NCBI RefSeq assembly: GCF_001194135.2
Contig: NC_068983.1
Location: forward strand, 11,641,035 to 11,705,034
Length of the DNA stretch: 64,000 bases
Direction of reading: 5' to 3'
Source: Octopus bimaculoides
Lineage: Eukaryota
Of this stretch, positions 1 through 12,545 are shown piece after piece. Numbering within the stretch: position 1 is the first letter of the stretch; each line of letters begins with the position of its first letter. Under the pieces are notes generated by a model, which made no database searches, had not been told where the DNA came from, and saw only the letters and a list, made by a program, of their open reading frames with translations. The position numbers and the translations under genes are program-made.

Positions 1-129
1 AAAAAGGAGTTGCCAAAGGGCAGAGCACATGGTCTTATAATAGTGACAAAAGAAACAGAAAAGGGACAGAGTTTAACAATAGCTTAGAAATTTTAAAGAT
101 GTTAGTGAAGGAAAGTTTCCTTATTAGAT

Positions 130-1480
130 ATATTATTATTTCCCAAATGAGGTTTGCAATGTGGATGGATTTAATTACCTGACCAAATTTGCCACCCATA
201 ATGATCCGACTGATAGCATGTTTGAGACAGCTGATGCATGTAGATCTGTGTTGGGGTTTCTATAGAAATATATCATTAATGAAATCTTGCTTACAATTCC
301 AGTAACATCCTGCAAATAGCAGACATCTCTCTCTCTCTGATGACTGTCATATAATCTTTGGCCAGTTGATTTTTGAAAAGTGTTTAAGTAGTAAAACCAT
401 ACAATAGCACTGACTACAATGATATTGGCATGGCTGAAGTATCTCTTCTAGTGGCAATAACTTCCAGATGAAACTGAGGCTGTGGTCCCTAATTACACAA
501 AAGAGTCTACAGATTTTAGAGGGTTTTGCTTGATTATGCTTATGAGCCCTTCTGAGTCTAACAGATATATTCAGTTTTTGAGATACTGACACAATGCCTA
601 ATATCTTCTGCTTCATTTTCAAGGTAAGTTGAAAGGAACATCTGAGATGGTATCCATGGAAGGAGTTTTTGCTGTTTACAATTAAATAACAGTTTGATGT
701 AGATTTTGCTGCTATCCCTCAATGATTTTTAGTCATGCTTAAATTACCACAATTTTTGAATAGAAGAATACAACCTTTATTCCACTTGTCAACTAGTTTT
801 AACTGTACACTGCATTGCAAAATTGAAGGAAGATATCACTGAATGCCTTTCTCTTACACTGGATGCCTTTCTCTTACGCTGGATGCCTACTCTTACACTG
901 GATGCCCTTCTCTAACACTGTATGCCCTTCTCTTGCACTGAATGCCCTTCTAGTAGTATATTATCAAGCCCAGCTGCCTTCTAATTTTAATCATTTTAAG
1001 TAAGTCTTTGAGTTCATCTAATGTGAAATTACCAACTTTGATGTCAAAATCTTGTTTAATAGCAGTTTCCAAAAGTTTATCTAAAACTGAGAATGTCCTG
1101 GAAATGTTCATTCTATTTGCATAGTTGTTCCAGCAAGCTTGTGGCTTTTACAACTTGTTCATACATTCCTTGCCACTAATTCCATGGGCAGTTTGCCATA
1201 TTTAATAACAGTTGCATGAACATTTCTGTCATTTAATTTCATAAGTGTAAGATCTTGCAAAGTATTTTTGAATTTAGTGATATTTAATCTGGAAGATATG
1301 ATTAACTTTAAGTGGGTGTCACTCTTCAATTGATTGCACTTGTCAATAATTACGTAAGGCTCACTTGGGACTTTATGCTTAATTTTAGCCCATACGGGAA
1401 GGCATTCTTCTGCTGCATGTTGAAAGGATACAAAATTGTCATATATTGTTCTCAGTTTGAAACCAGTATTTCACTGAGAT
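130..1480 (-). mobile_element. Decayed, internally deleted RTE-clade LINE ORF2 fossil
   Basis: Minus-strand fragments with stops and frameshifts: FQHAAEECLP, GNFTLDELK..KAAGLDNI, DIFLQFCNAVYS.KLVDKWNKGCILLFK, SVLLYGF. These resemble the RTE pre-RT, RT N-terminal and C-terminal motifs. Boundaries are approximate. Confidence 0.6.
838..952. repeat. Minisatellite, about 6 copies of a ~20-bp unit (cactggatgcc[c/t]ttctctta)
   Basis: Tandem units read directly from the sequence. Confidence 0.85.
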
Positions 1481-1611
1481 ATATTGTTGACAAATCTTTT
1501 CAGTAAGTGTAGATTAGTTATATGGAGAACATTTTGAGATTTTCTGTTTTGCAGGCTGAATTCTAGCAGTTAATATAAAATATACAATGATCAAAATACC
1601 TTCCAATAGTG

Positions 1612-1740
1612 GAGGCACATAACTTAGCAGTTAAGGTGTTAGACTCCTGGTTGTAAGATAGTGGTTTCAATTCCTGGATCAGGCAATGCATTGTGTTCTT
1701 GAGCAGTTTCATGTCGCTCAAGTCCATGCAGCTGATAAAA
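1612..1740 (+). mobile_element. tRNA-derived SINE fragment (family D)
   Basis: ggaggcacataacttagcagttaaggtg...ttcaattcctggatc...gcattgtgttcttgagca is homologous to the copies at 12081 and 34100 and has box A/B-like motifs. Confidence 0.7.
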
Positions 1741-4222
1741 GATTTTTTTATTATAAAGAATAATCAATTAAATCACTTTTTTTTGCTATTCTCCATACCT
1801 AAGAGCACATTATGTATTGTATTCTTTCATTTTTTTTTTAAATAGTAGGTTGTGATTTGAGGAAGAGTTGACTGCTGTTTCAAGCCAATCAAATTTCCAT
1901 GCAAAGAATTTCTTAGCTAGAATTCTAATCTTCATAGATATCACTCCTATCTGTCTGTCTGTCTATCATCCATCTACTTATCAAGTTGTTCACTCAAATG
2001 TTCATGTATGTGATAATATTTGTCTTGCATATTACGAAGTTCAGGTAACATCCTAGTTTTATATTATTATAATAAAAATACTATTCATGTTTACTTATTA
2101 TTAGAAAAGAAATTTCTAGCTAACCAACCTTTATTCTTTTGTATATACTTTCTATGCATAAATAAAATGCCTATTCCTGAAAGACAAGCAACCAATCAAC
2201 TTGAAAGCCAATAGAAGCAAAATGCCTTTCAATCACTAAAGAAAGCTTCTGATTTATCTTACAACCTTGGTTTCTAAGGGTTAGATACAATTTCCATGAT
2301 TAATCATGCAGTAATCTGATAGTTATCGTTAATCAAAGTGATAAAGCCATACCAATTGCCAAATGGTATCCATCAGTCAGAGAAAGTAAGTTAAAATATT
2401 GGGAGGTCATATGAAAAGAGATTTGCCCACTTTGTTCAACATCTCTAAATCAAGCATAAATTAGAATTATTGTGAATACAAATTAAAGCTACTTATCTAA
2501 TCTTGACAAAATTATACTCCTGCTTTTTAAAAAGGCCAACTTAGAACATGCATTTCCTATACTAAATTAAATTCCTACAGTTCTTTTCCATTTTTGTTCA
2601 TTTTCCCCACTTTAGGTACATTTCAATTTCCCAGAATGCTTTCTTTAAGCTTCAAATTATCTAATAAGTTGCTTTCAAGGCAGAGAAAACACAGAGACAT
2701 TAACTATCTCAATTTATTTAAACCATTCAATTGCAAAGTAAGAGTTGAACGTATTTTTAATGAAATCCACTGAAGTAGATGTTTGTAGCACGGAGATATA
2801 TCCCAGAAACTGTTATAGGATTTGAACTCATAAACATAGACTCATGATGATATGATGCATCGTATTGTTAGTTTATGTATGTATATGGTAAAATATTAAA
2901 CTAATCTGTATTATCAGTAACACATATTTGTAAATGCTAAGTCTTGGGGAGCAGAATAGTATCCATAACAATTTTAAGCATGCTTAAACTATGGAGTGAG
3001 TATAATTGAATTTACTGACAAAATAATATCTTACATCACTTGTTAAGATACAAGTTTAAAAAAACAAGTGTATGATGAATATTTATTCAAAGCTCAATAA
3101 AGATATCTTTTATTACAATGAACTGGCATTAAGGACACAATGAACATTGAAAACTTAAGTGAAAGGATCTGGAACACATCGTATAGTGTCAGTCTATTTA
3201 ATTTTGTCACCCCATACTAGGGTAATACTTTTGCAAAACAGATGTCGCTTACTCTTGAACAAGACAAAAGCTCAGTCCATTTCTCTTATAGTGACACCTG
3301 TTCCTTGTATATCATAAAACAAAATTTGGTATCAATAAGTTAATTAGTCATCATTCTGTAGGGTGTGGTACTCTAGAGACAGTTATCATTTGAAGAGTTA
3401 CTGATTTCATGATGACATTTGCAATCTGTCACCATCAAATCAGCTATAAGATAACAAACACTGCTAAGCACCCTACCCTCCAGAATGATGGTTGATTTAT
3501 TGACTGACACAACAGTTTCTTGTCTTCTCTACAATATATGATAGCCAATGTAAAGAAATGGTGTTACTGAGTATATCATTCTGGAGAATGCTGACAAAGT
3601 ATGCCAACATCCTGTATGCAACAATAGGACGGCATTATGGTACAATAATAGATGTCACTTTAGTAAAAACATAAACATATAAACGTGATCTGAACTGGCC
3701 AATGGAAACCTAAATACCTAGAAGTCATTTTAAATTTCTTTTAAATTCTCACCACTCTTCTTCAAACATCTGATAATGGGGGGGGGGGGTCCTATGCCTA
3801 TGAAGTAGCTATGAGCTGAATCGAACTGTAATTAAATACATACACACATATATATACTTGTAATGCGGATGCTGGTAGATGGATCCTAAATGTCTTGAAG
3901 AGTTGATGATTTTGGCTCACATTAATTTCAAACCAGTTAAGTCCAGATCTCTTGTGCTGAAGAACGACAGGGTTAGCAGCAAATTTGGCTTCCCAGTTGA
4001 TAGTATACATGTACCATCTATTTCTTAGAAATCAGTGAAGAACCTGTAAAAGGGGTTTTATTGAAACTTGAAAGACAGTATCCATCTATGCTATCAAGAG
4101 CTGGAAGCCTGGTTACTGCTGCTCATAGTGGACAAATCAAATCTACCTGGCAAGTTTAAGGCCTGAATTTACCAGCATCGCATCCCCTCATGAATTCTTT
4201 GGGCACTCTTGGTATATGACGT

Positions 4223-4492
4223 CCCCCCAACATCACTTGACAACCGATGCTGGTGTGTTTACGTCCCCATAACTTAGCGGTTGGGCAAAAGAGACCGATA
4301 GAAGAAGAACTAGAACAGTACACAAACACACCTATACATACATATTTATGCTTACATATATACATAAATACAGATAAGCATACATACACGTGTATAGTAG
4401 AAGACACTTGCCCAAGGTGCCACACAGTGGTACTGAACTTGGAACCATGTGGTTCGTAAGCAAGCTACTTACCACACAGCCACTCCTGCGCC
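4223..4492. mobile_element. Two family-A SINE pieces in opposite orientation
   Basis: Body piece on + (4223-4305) and tRNA-head piece on - (4391-4492), separated by CA/TA-rich sequence. Confidence 0.75.
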
Positions 4493-6239
4493 ATGTTACA
4501 TAAATGTTATAAACTGTTTGATGCCTTGCAACTGACCATATTTTGTTCTCTTATACCTACATTAGCTTGACCATTACATTGCCTATAACCAACCAACATT
4601 TCTGCAGATCCTGCATCCCTGCAGTTAAAGTTTGAAAATAGGTGCTTGGTTTGGTCTGAGCACTCACAGTATGTACCTTTTGTCTATATGTCCTTTGACA
4701 CATTCTTATAAAAAGAGATACACATATACACACAAATGCACACACATGCACACACAAACACACATAAATTTCTAAAGTTTGCCTGCATAAAATCAAGCCG
4801 CCAAATTACATACAATAGCAATTATTATGTCATATGGTGAATATTTTTCAATTTTTCTCAAAAAGTCAGATGAGATAATGAACATCTTTGTATATTTACA
4901 CCCCAACATCAAGTGAGAGTTATTTTCTCTGCTGAATATTCATTCCCTTTTCTTTCTCCCAACTGAAAAAACCCAAAGACTGGAGTATACACACTTGTGT
5001 TAAGACATAAATTAACCCTCTAAAAATCAATACTGACTGAATGAAACAAGATTCGTCGTATGTTGAACAAGCATTTTGTAACAGGCCATTTTAATCAGCC
5101 CGATCTAGCTCAGACAAACTTTCTCACTTAATTTACATTTTGATAAATATCTAAATAAAGAAAGTATTATTGTTATTATTAAATGTATTATAAAATATAT
5201 ATTAAATGTATCTCCAGTTTCCTGATTAATCAGACCTAAAAGGAATATTTCCGAAAAGATGTGTCAGTAAAATGGTCAAATATTTGAAACATAAGTCAGC
5301 TAAAACTTTACAGAATGCTATTTAGAAACTAGTCAATAATCAAATAATAAGTGTATGTGTGTGTGTGTGTCTCTCTCTCGCTCTCTATCTATATCTATAT
5401 ANNNNNNNNNNNNNNNNNNNNNNNNNNNNNNNNNNNNNNNNNNNNNNNNNNNNNNNNNNNNNNNNNNNNNNNNNNNNNNNNNNNNNNNNNNNNNNNNNNN
5501 NNNNNNNNNNNNNNNNNNNNNNNNNNNNNNNNNNNNNNNNNNNNNNNNNNNNNNNNNNNNNNNNNNNNNNNNNNNNNNNNNNNNNNNNNNNNNNNNNNNN
5601 NNNNNNNNNNNNNNNNNNNNNNNNNNNNNNNNNNNNNNNNNNNNNNNNNNNNNNNNNNNNNNNNNNNNNNNNNNNNNNNNNNNNNNNNNNNNNNNNNNNN
5701 NNNNNNNNNNNNNNNNNNNNNNNNNNNNNNNNNNNNNNNNNNNNNNNNNNNNNNNNNNNNNNNNNNNNNNNNNNNNNNNNNNNNNNNNNNNNNNNNNNNN
5801 NNNNNNNNNNNNNNNNNNNNNNNNNNNNNNNNNNNNNNNNNNNNNNNNNNNNNNNNNNNNNNNNNNNNNNNNNNNNNNNNNNNNNNNNNNNNNNNNNNNN
5901 NNNNNNNNNNNNNNNNNNNNNNNNNNNNNNNNNNNNNNNNNNNNNNNNNNNNNNNNNNNNNNNNNNNNNNNNNNNNNNNNNNNNNNNNNNNNNNNNNNNN
6001 NNNNNNNNNNNNNNNNNNNNNNNNNNNNNNNNNNNNNNNNNNNNNNNNNNNNNNNNNNNNNNNNNNNNNNNNNNNNNNNNNNNNNNNNNNNNNNNNNNNN
6101 NNNNNNNNNNNNNNNNNNNNNNNNNNNNNNNNNNNNNNNNNNNNNNNNNNNNNNNNNNNNNNNNNNNNNNNNNNNNNNNNNNNNNNNNNNNNNNNNNNNA
6201 TATATATATATATATATATATAAATGTATATATATATAT

Positions 6240-6475
6240 CTATATATGCGTGTTTGTGTGTCTGTGTTTGTCCCCCCAACATCGCTTGACAACCGATGCT
6301 GGTGGGTTTACGTCCTTGTAACTTAGCGGTTCAGCAAGAGAGACGGATAGAATAAGTACTAAGCTTCCAAAGAATAAGTCCTAGGGTTGATTTCCTTGAT
6401 TAAAGGCGGTGCTCCAGCATGGCTGCAGTCAAATGACTGGAACAAGTAAAAGAGTAAAAGAGTAGAGAGTAAAGA
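6240..6475 (+). mobile_element. Family-A SINE, 3' half (head probably lost in the gap)
   Basis: Matches the A body and tail, ending ...gaacaagtaaaagagtaaaagag. Confidence 0.85.
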
Positions 6476-6499
6476 GAATGTTTTCCTATTTGGAAAGCT

Positions 6500-6835
6500 T
6501 TGTAAGTGGATTTGATAGATGGAAACTGAAAGAAGCCCATGACATATGTATATATTTATGTATATATGTGTGTGTGATATGTGTGTAGGTTTGTGTCCTC
6601 CTGTCTTGACATTGCAGAATGGTTGTAAATGGGTATCATTATCATTTAAGCAGTGTCATTCATTTCCAATATTCTCAGGAAATATGTCTAACCATGAGGA
6701 AATTTAACTTTACTTAGAAACAGATGAGGGTTGGTAACAAGAAGGGCATCTGGTTGTAGAAAACCTGCCTCAATAAACTCTGTCTGACCCATGCAAGCAT
6801 AGAAAAGTAGACATTAAAATTATGATGATGATGAG
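6500..6835 (+). mobile_element. Family-F SINE (A-type core with RTE-type tail)
   Basis: A core gtggatttgatagatggaaactgaaagaagccc, then a different body, then aagaagggcatctggttgtagaaa...catgcaagcatagaaaagtagacattaaa(tga)n. Confidence 0.7.
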
Positions 6836-7174
6836 GTCCTGTAGAATATATTTTTTTATGTGTATTTTGGTAGGTATTTTTATACTGAATAGCCATATTA
6901 ATTTATGAGAGAAAGAAATTTTTTTAATTTCACAAACCCATGAAATATCCGAAATACTGAAAGTAAAGAACACATCCGATTGCAGAAATGCAAATAGCAA
7001 TTTCTTATGCCAAAAATATAGGGGAGGAGTATGATTGAATAAATTGACCTTTGTACTTGACTGGAAAAATAAAAGGCTAAGTAAACTTCAGCAGGATTTG
7101 ATCTCAGAATGTAAAAGACCATAAGTAAATGCTGCAAGACATTAGTGATTCTGCCAATCCACCACCCTTTCTCT

Positions 7175-7560
7175 CTCTTTTACTTGTTTCAGTCACTTGA
7201 CTGCGGCCATGCTGGAGCACCGCCTTTAGTCGAGCAAATCGACCCCAGGACTTATTCTTTGTGATCCTAGTACTTATTCTATCGGTCTCATTGGCCGAAC
7301 TGCTAAGTTATGGGGATGTAAACACACCACCATCGGTTGTCAAGCGATGTTGGGGGGACAAACACAGACACACAAATATATACACACACATACATATATA
7401 CATATATACGACGGGCTTCTTTCAGTTTCTGTCTACCAAATCCCCTCACAAGGCTTTGGTTGGCCCAAGGCTATAGTAGAAGACACTTGCCCAAGGTGCC
7501 ATGCAGTGGGACTGAACCCGGAATCATGTGGTTGGTAAGCAAGCTACTTACCACACAGCC
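7175..7560 (-). mobile_element. Full-length family-A SINE
   Basis: tRNA-like head (box A tggctgtgtgg, box B gggttcagtccc), CORE-like ggcaccttgggcaagtgtcttc, internal microsatellite, (agtaaaag)n tail. Confidence 0.9.
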
Positions 7561-7562
7561 AT

Positions 7563-7784
7563 AGTAATCCTTTTTCCTAAAGGCACAAGGCCTGAAATTT
7601 TGGTGGAGTAGACTAGTCGATTACATCGACCACAGTGTTTCACTGATACTTAATTTATTGACCCCGAAAGGATGAAAGGCAATGTCGACCTTGACGGAAT
7701 TTGAACTCAGAACGTAAAGACAAACAAATTGCCACTGAGCATTTCAGCCAGCATGCTAACAATTCTGCCAGGTCATTGCCTTCT

Positions 7785-7785
<1 letters not shown>
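7563..7785 (-). mobile_element. Family-E1 SINE
   Basis: Homologous to the copies at 56297 and 63228 (gttctgagttcaaattcc...gcctttcatcctttcggggtc...aggccttgtgcct). Confidence 0.85.
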
Positions 7786-7836
<51 letters not shown>

Positions 7837-7848
7837 TAATAATAATAA

Positions 7849-8250
7849 TAATGTAGCTAAGTTGTTCATTGGAGATTGTATGGTTTTGAAAGGACATTGA
7901 AATGGTATGAGCATAAACCAGAAGGCATAAACTAAAAGAAGATATTGCAAGAATATGTGCAATGGAAAGCATAACTGTCATCTCAGTAACTGTTGGGCCA
8001 CTGGGAGTATTAACAACCATATTTGAGAAATTTGTTGGAGTAATTGAGATTGACATGAAGGTAGAACATGCTAAGAAAACTGCTTCATTTGGGACAGTAA
8101 AGATTTTGAGATTGGTACTTGGATATTAAGTATTGTGGAAAGAGACCCTGTGAGACCTTTGACAAGAGGTTATTGTCCGCTCTTACAGAAATAGCCAGAG
8201 CAAGCGAAATCAAGAGATTTGAGAAGTGAAATGGAAATAACGATAAATTT
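7849..8250 (+). mobile_element. R4/Dong-like non-LTR retrotransposon 3' fragment (REL-endonuclease C-terminus) abutting (TAA)n
   Basis: NVAK/VVHWRLYG..KWYEHKPEG, then after a deletion and frameshift KLKEDIARI..VISVTVGPLGV..KKTASFGTVKILRLVLGY* (stop 8127-8129). This resembles the R4-clade motifs RHDxVAxxVHW, KWYEHxP and VVVGALG..QKTALLGTARILR. Confidence 0.75.
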
Positions 8251-8339
8251 GGCTACAACAGACTTAATTATAACATACAAACCTCAACGTTATCAGGTTA
8301 AATAGAATAATATATGCAGTAGACTTCACAAAAGAAAAT

Positions 8340-9295
8340 TGGTAATTCCTCAGATCCACTCAAATGGGAATATCAAAGCTCAAAGAAATACCATGGCAAA
8401 TATTCAGAAAAAGATAGAGAATAAGAAAAAGGATCTGTTAATCCTAAGTAAATCAGTAACAAAACAAAAGTACTAAACAACAGGAAAGAGAGACAAATAC
8501 TACAGAAATACAAAATAGCAAAATGCCTAAAACAACAAATAAAATGATGCCTAAAAAAAGAGATCCTTGCTAAATCACAAAGAATTACTCTTTTACATGT
8601 TTCAGTCATTTGACTGTGGCCATGCTGGAGCACCACCTTTAGTCGAGTAAATCAAACCCAGGACTTATTCTTTGTAAGCCTAGTACTTATTTTATCAGAC
8701 TATTTTGCCGAACCGCTAAGTAACGGGTACGTAAACACACCAGCATCGGTTGTCAAGCGATGTTGGGGGGACAAACACAGACACACACACACATACACAT
8801 ATATATACATATATATGATGGGCTTCTTTCAGTTTCCATCTATCAAATCCCCTGACAAAGCTTTGGTTGGCCCGAGCCTATAGTAGAAGACACTTGCCCA
8901 AGGTGCCATGCAGTGGGACTGAACCCGGGACCATGTGGTTCGTAAGCAAGCTACTTACCACACAGCCATTCCTACGCCTATTGTCCATATGAAAAATACT
9001 AATGCTTCTTTGAACAAAACAAACAATTTAACTCCAACCCAAAATGATTCTACAAAGAACTTGGTAAAAATTAAATAGAAATCAATGCAACATCAAAAGT
9101 AAGAGAAATGGAAGAATTTTGGGAACTGCAAAGGAATCACGTAAGAAAAAATTCTTCAAAACATCAAACACAGCACCTGAACAACCTTGGACACCAATAA
9201 CAATAGAAATAAGCCAAATACTGCAATAAATCAAACAGCAGGAAGGCACCAAGGGGTAACAAAATTCATAACTTTTGGTTATGAATGTTGTCATA
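8340..9295 (+). mobile_element. Second R4-like fragment (pre-RT and RT start), interrupted by a SINE
   Basis: IQKKIENKKKDL, KEILAKSQEL, FFEQNKQFNSNPK*FYKE and RKAPRGNKIHNFWL (compare WKAPGxDxIHNFWLK). Confidence 0.6.
8588..8980 (-). mobile_element. Full-length family-A SINE
   Basis: High identity to the copies at 7175, 39236 and 47326. Confidence 0.9.
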
Positions 9296-9385
9296 GGGAG
9301 ACATAAAGTGCCGGTAGAGAAGTTCAACTAGATGCTGACAGAGCCAGAGACAATGCTTGAATGATTCACAGAAATAAAAACTATT

Positions 9386-9608
9386 TTAACCTTTTAGGCT
9401 TTAAACCAGCCATATCCAGCTCAAATATGCCTCCTGTTTTATGTTTAAACTAACTAGATCTGGCCTTGCACACTTACCTACAATGTCATTCCAAATATAG
9501 ACAATAAGATCATCAAAATCTCAAATCTATGAGATAATACATGATTAATTCGAAATAATATAAATAATCTTTACATTTGTCAGAGTAATTTGAACAGTAA
9601 AGGGTTTA
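9386..9608. mobile_element. Probable non-autonomous DNA element with piggyBac-like ends
   Basis: Ends ttaaccttttag ... gtaaagggttta approximate TTAA-CCC inverted termini. Confidence 0.45.
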
Positions 9609-10724
9609 TCCCCAAATCTAGAGAAACCCTAAACCCACAAACTAAAAATCCATAACATATCTCCTCCCTATTTACAAAGCCTTACCTGCAATTATATTGC
9701 AGAAAAAGGACATCTATAAGAAAAAATATGTTTCCAGAGCAGAAGGGGTGTTGCAAATGCTCTTATGACTGTTAAAAATTATGTCAATACTATAAACAGA
9801 ACCAAATGCATTTTAATTTTAAGATTGGTTAAACACTTTGAGAATTAGAAATGAACTTTATGAACAGAAACTTATTACACAAACATATATTCTGCTGTTC
9901 AGTTAATGAACAACCCTTGAAGAGCAGCAAGCTACATTAACACCTTTGCCCTTTCCATAGATATTACAATCCATGCCCACCTGTTGATATTATATATTAT
10001 ATCTAGAAGTAAATGACTAACATTTAAAATAATTGACTCTTCTATACTTTGTTCTGAATATAAAACCATTATATGTCAGAAGAATGAAAGCACCTCCAGA
10101 CTACGTTGTTCAACCTATGTTAGATAACACTTTTAAACATTTCTCTATTGGCTGAATTTGTTTTAATTGTTAAGAAAATTGTGTAAATACTGATTTTAAA
10201 GGCTACAAAACAAGCAGCCTGTTTGCTTCCAAATATTTAACCAAATAATATATCAAAATATAATAAAAAGGTGGATCAGTAGTACAGAGTGCTAGTAAAT
10301 GCTCTTAAATAGATTACAATTTTGAGATTGAATCCAAGCAAAAGTAAACAAGCATGTCAGGACAATTCACTAAAATCAAGGCTATATCTAAAGGTTTGAG
10401 TTTATCTTGGATGGTCATTCAAGATTTGTTTCTTGACTGGAACAATTGTAATGTATAAATTCAAAAAGTAAAGTCAGATTTACAATGCAAAAAAAAATGT
10501 AGCCATGAAAACTGAATGAATCAAAATGCTGGTTGAGTTCAAATTTTACTCAGGTAATCTTGAATATTCTACATTTATATTATTTGATTCTACCATACTG
10601 GGAAATAAGTACATTACATATAAGTACATTAAGTATAACTATTAAAGAAAACAAATTAACCAAATCAATAACTCTTCATGGATTACTTTCTGAAATTCTT
10701 TTGAATTATATGGTAACATTTCTC

Positions 10725-10997
10725 AAAATGGGTTTTAGGGAACATCATAATTTCATGAAAAAAAATTCTGGAGTCACAGTACTCCAGAATTTTTTCATTA
10801 AAATGGACCTTTCACTGAAATTTCAAAAATGAAAAGATGAGTTTTAGGGAGCATCATAATTTCATGAAGAGAATTCTGTACTTCAGAATTTTTTCATTAA
10901 AATGGATCTTTTACTTTTACTGAAATTTCAAAAATGAAAAGATGGGTTCTAGAGAACATGATAATTTCACGAAAAAAAAAATTCTGGAGTCACAGTC
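10725..10997. repeat. About 2.5 tandem copies of a ~110-bp unit containing a hairpin
   Basis: aaatgggttttagggaacatcataatttcatgaa...aattctg recurs at about 10727, 10837 and 10942. Confidence 0.85.
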
Positions 10998-11169
10998 TTA
11001 TTATTGATTTCTAATTGTTGCCATGTAAATGTTACCAGCTCAAGTAGGTTGAATACAGGGGAGTTGAACACATATAAGTGTCTTCACATATATTTACAAG
11101 ATATTGATTCTCGTGCGTTGATTTCCTGTCACAGAGCTGAATTTGTGTTCCTGTAATCTTTGTAACTAG

Positions 11170-11480
11170 GAAGCTATACAAGTATCCTCAGAAAAAGCAC
11201 TCCTCAATTTATGTAATGAAGGTGGTATGTCCCTGCCTCAAGGTTTCATCATTCGTCTTGGCAAAAATTTCTTCAGGAAAGAGTAGAAGAAAATACTCAA
11301 TGGGCTTTGCTTCAAAATTCAAAAGTTTTGCAAGGCCTCTATCACTAATGAAAGCATTGATGCAATGGTCAGTTACATGATCACTTCAGTCCTACTCAGA
11401 ATCAATAACCTTGATATAGATTTCAGTCGAAATAACAGAGATCGCTGGTGTATACTGGTGACATTCAAATATCACTATGA
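11170..11480 (-). mobile_element. Possible piggyBac-like transposase fossil
   Basis: AKPIEYFLLLFPEEIFAKTNDET resembles the N-terminal PGBD motif (PxxxFxLFFxxExxxxIxxxTN). Stops follow. Confidence 0.3.
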
Positions 11481-12080
11481 TTATTTTCTCCAAGTCTAAT
11501 TAAATTATTGATAAATAAATCATTAATAAATAATATCACTGCAGTCTAAATTACCTGCCATGATGCTTGAAAAATGAAAAAAAAAAAGTCTAAAGAAATT
11601 CACTCAAAAAACCACTAAAAAATAAATGCATAAGGTATAAACAGGAAGTTCTTTCTGAAATGAAGCTAAACTTTGTTTCTTGCATGTAACAGTAGTTTTG
11701 TTTTTTGGACCCCAAACAACAAAACTTCTTGAATTGCAGTCACATGCAGTTCAGAACTTGGTAATAATTGCAGATGCTAGCAGTATAAGATTTTAGGAGT
11801 TAAAACAAATTTTTAGCCTAATTGTGAAAAGTAAACAAAGTAGATGGGACATGAGTAATCCATGTTTGATCAAAGTCTGACAGTGAGGCTAAAATTATCT
11901 GTTTATTAAATAAGGGTATAATTCACATTTCAAATTATCTAAAAATGCTATGTTGTGTCGGATTATGCATTAATTAATCCATGCTGTAAGCATATTGTTA
12001 TGTAAATTAGAGTAACCTGTTTAACTGAATCCTAATTCATATACAAGACTAGAAACTGGTTTGTATACACTACAAATATG

Positions 12081-12545
12081 TGGAGGCGTGTGGCTTAGTG
12101 GTTAGGGTGTCAGCATCATGATCGTAAGGTTGTGGTTTTGATTCCTGGACCGGGCGATGCATTGTGTTCTGGAGCAAAACACTTCATTTCATATTGCTCC
12201 AGTCCACTCAGCTGGCAAAAATGAGTAATGCTGCGATGGACTGGCGTCTCATTTGTGGAGGCGCAATGGCCCAGTGGTTAGGGCAGTGTACTCGTGGTCA
12301 GAGGATTGTGGTTTCGATTTCCAGACAGGGCGTTGTGTGTGTTTATTGAGTGAAAACACCTAAAGCTCCACGAGGCTCCGGCAGGGGGTGGAGGCGACCC
12401 CTGTTGTACTCTTTCACCCCAACATTCTCTCACTCTTACTTCCTATTACTTGGGTAAAATTGCGATGGACTGGCATCCCGTCCAGCTATGGGAGGGGGCA
12501 ACACATATGCCATAGCTAGGCTTTAAAAGGGCACAAGAAAAAGAA
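12081..12545 (+). mobile_element. D-C SINE dimer inside one 12-bp TSD
   Basis: D head at 12081, C head (gaggcgcaatggcccagtggttagggcag) at about 12259. TSD atacactacaaa at 12065-12076 and 12546-12557. Confidence 0.8.

Noticed and set aside
3798-4050. Minus-strand ORF MYTINWEAKF... with acceptor- and donor-like sites
   Set aside because: All three frames from the acceptor stop early and there is no recognisable homology.
5333-6326. Long ORFs spanning N gaps (also at 14807-15415, 21288-21524, 27373-28275, 33230-33934)
   Set aside because: Artefacts of translating through N runs and (TA)n/(CA)n.
7337-7564. Recurrent MLGGQTQTH.../MSSDVGG... ORFs
   Set aside because: Translations of family-A SINE sequence, not genes.
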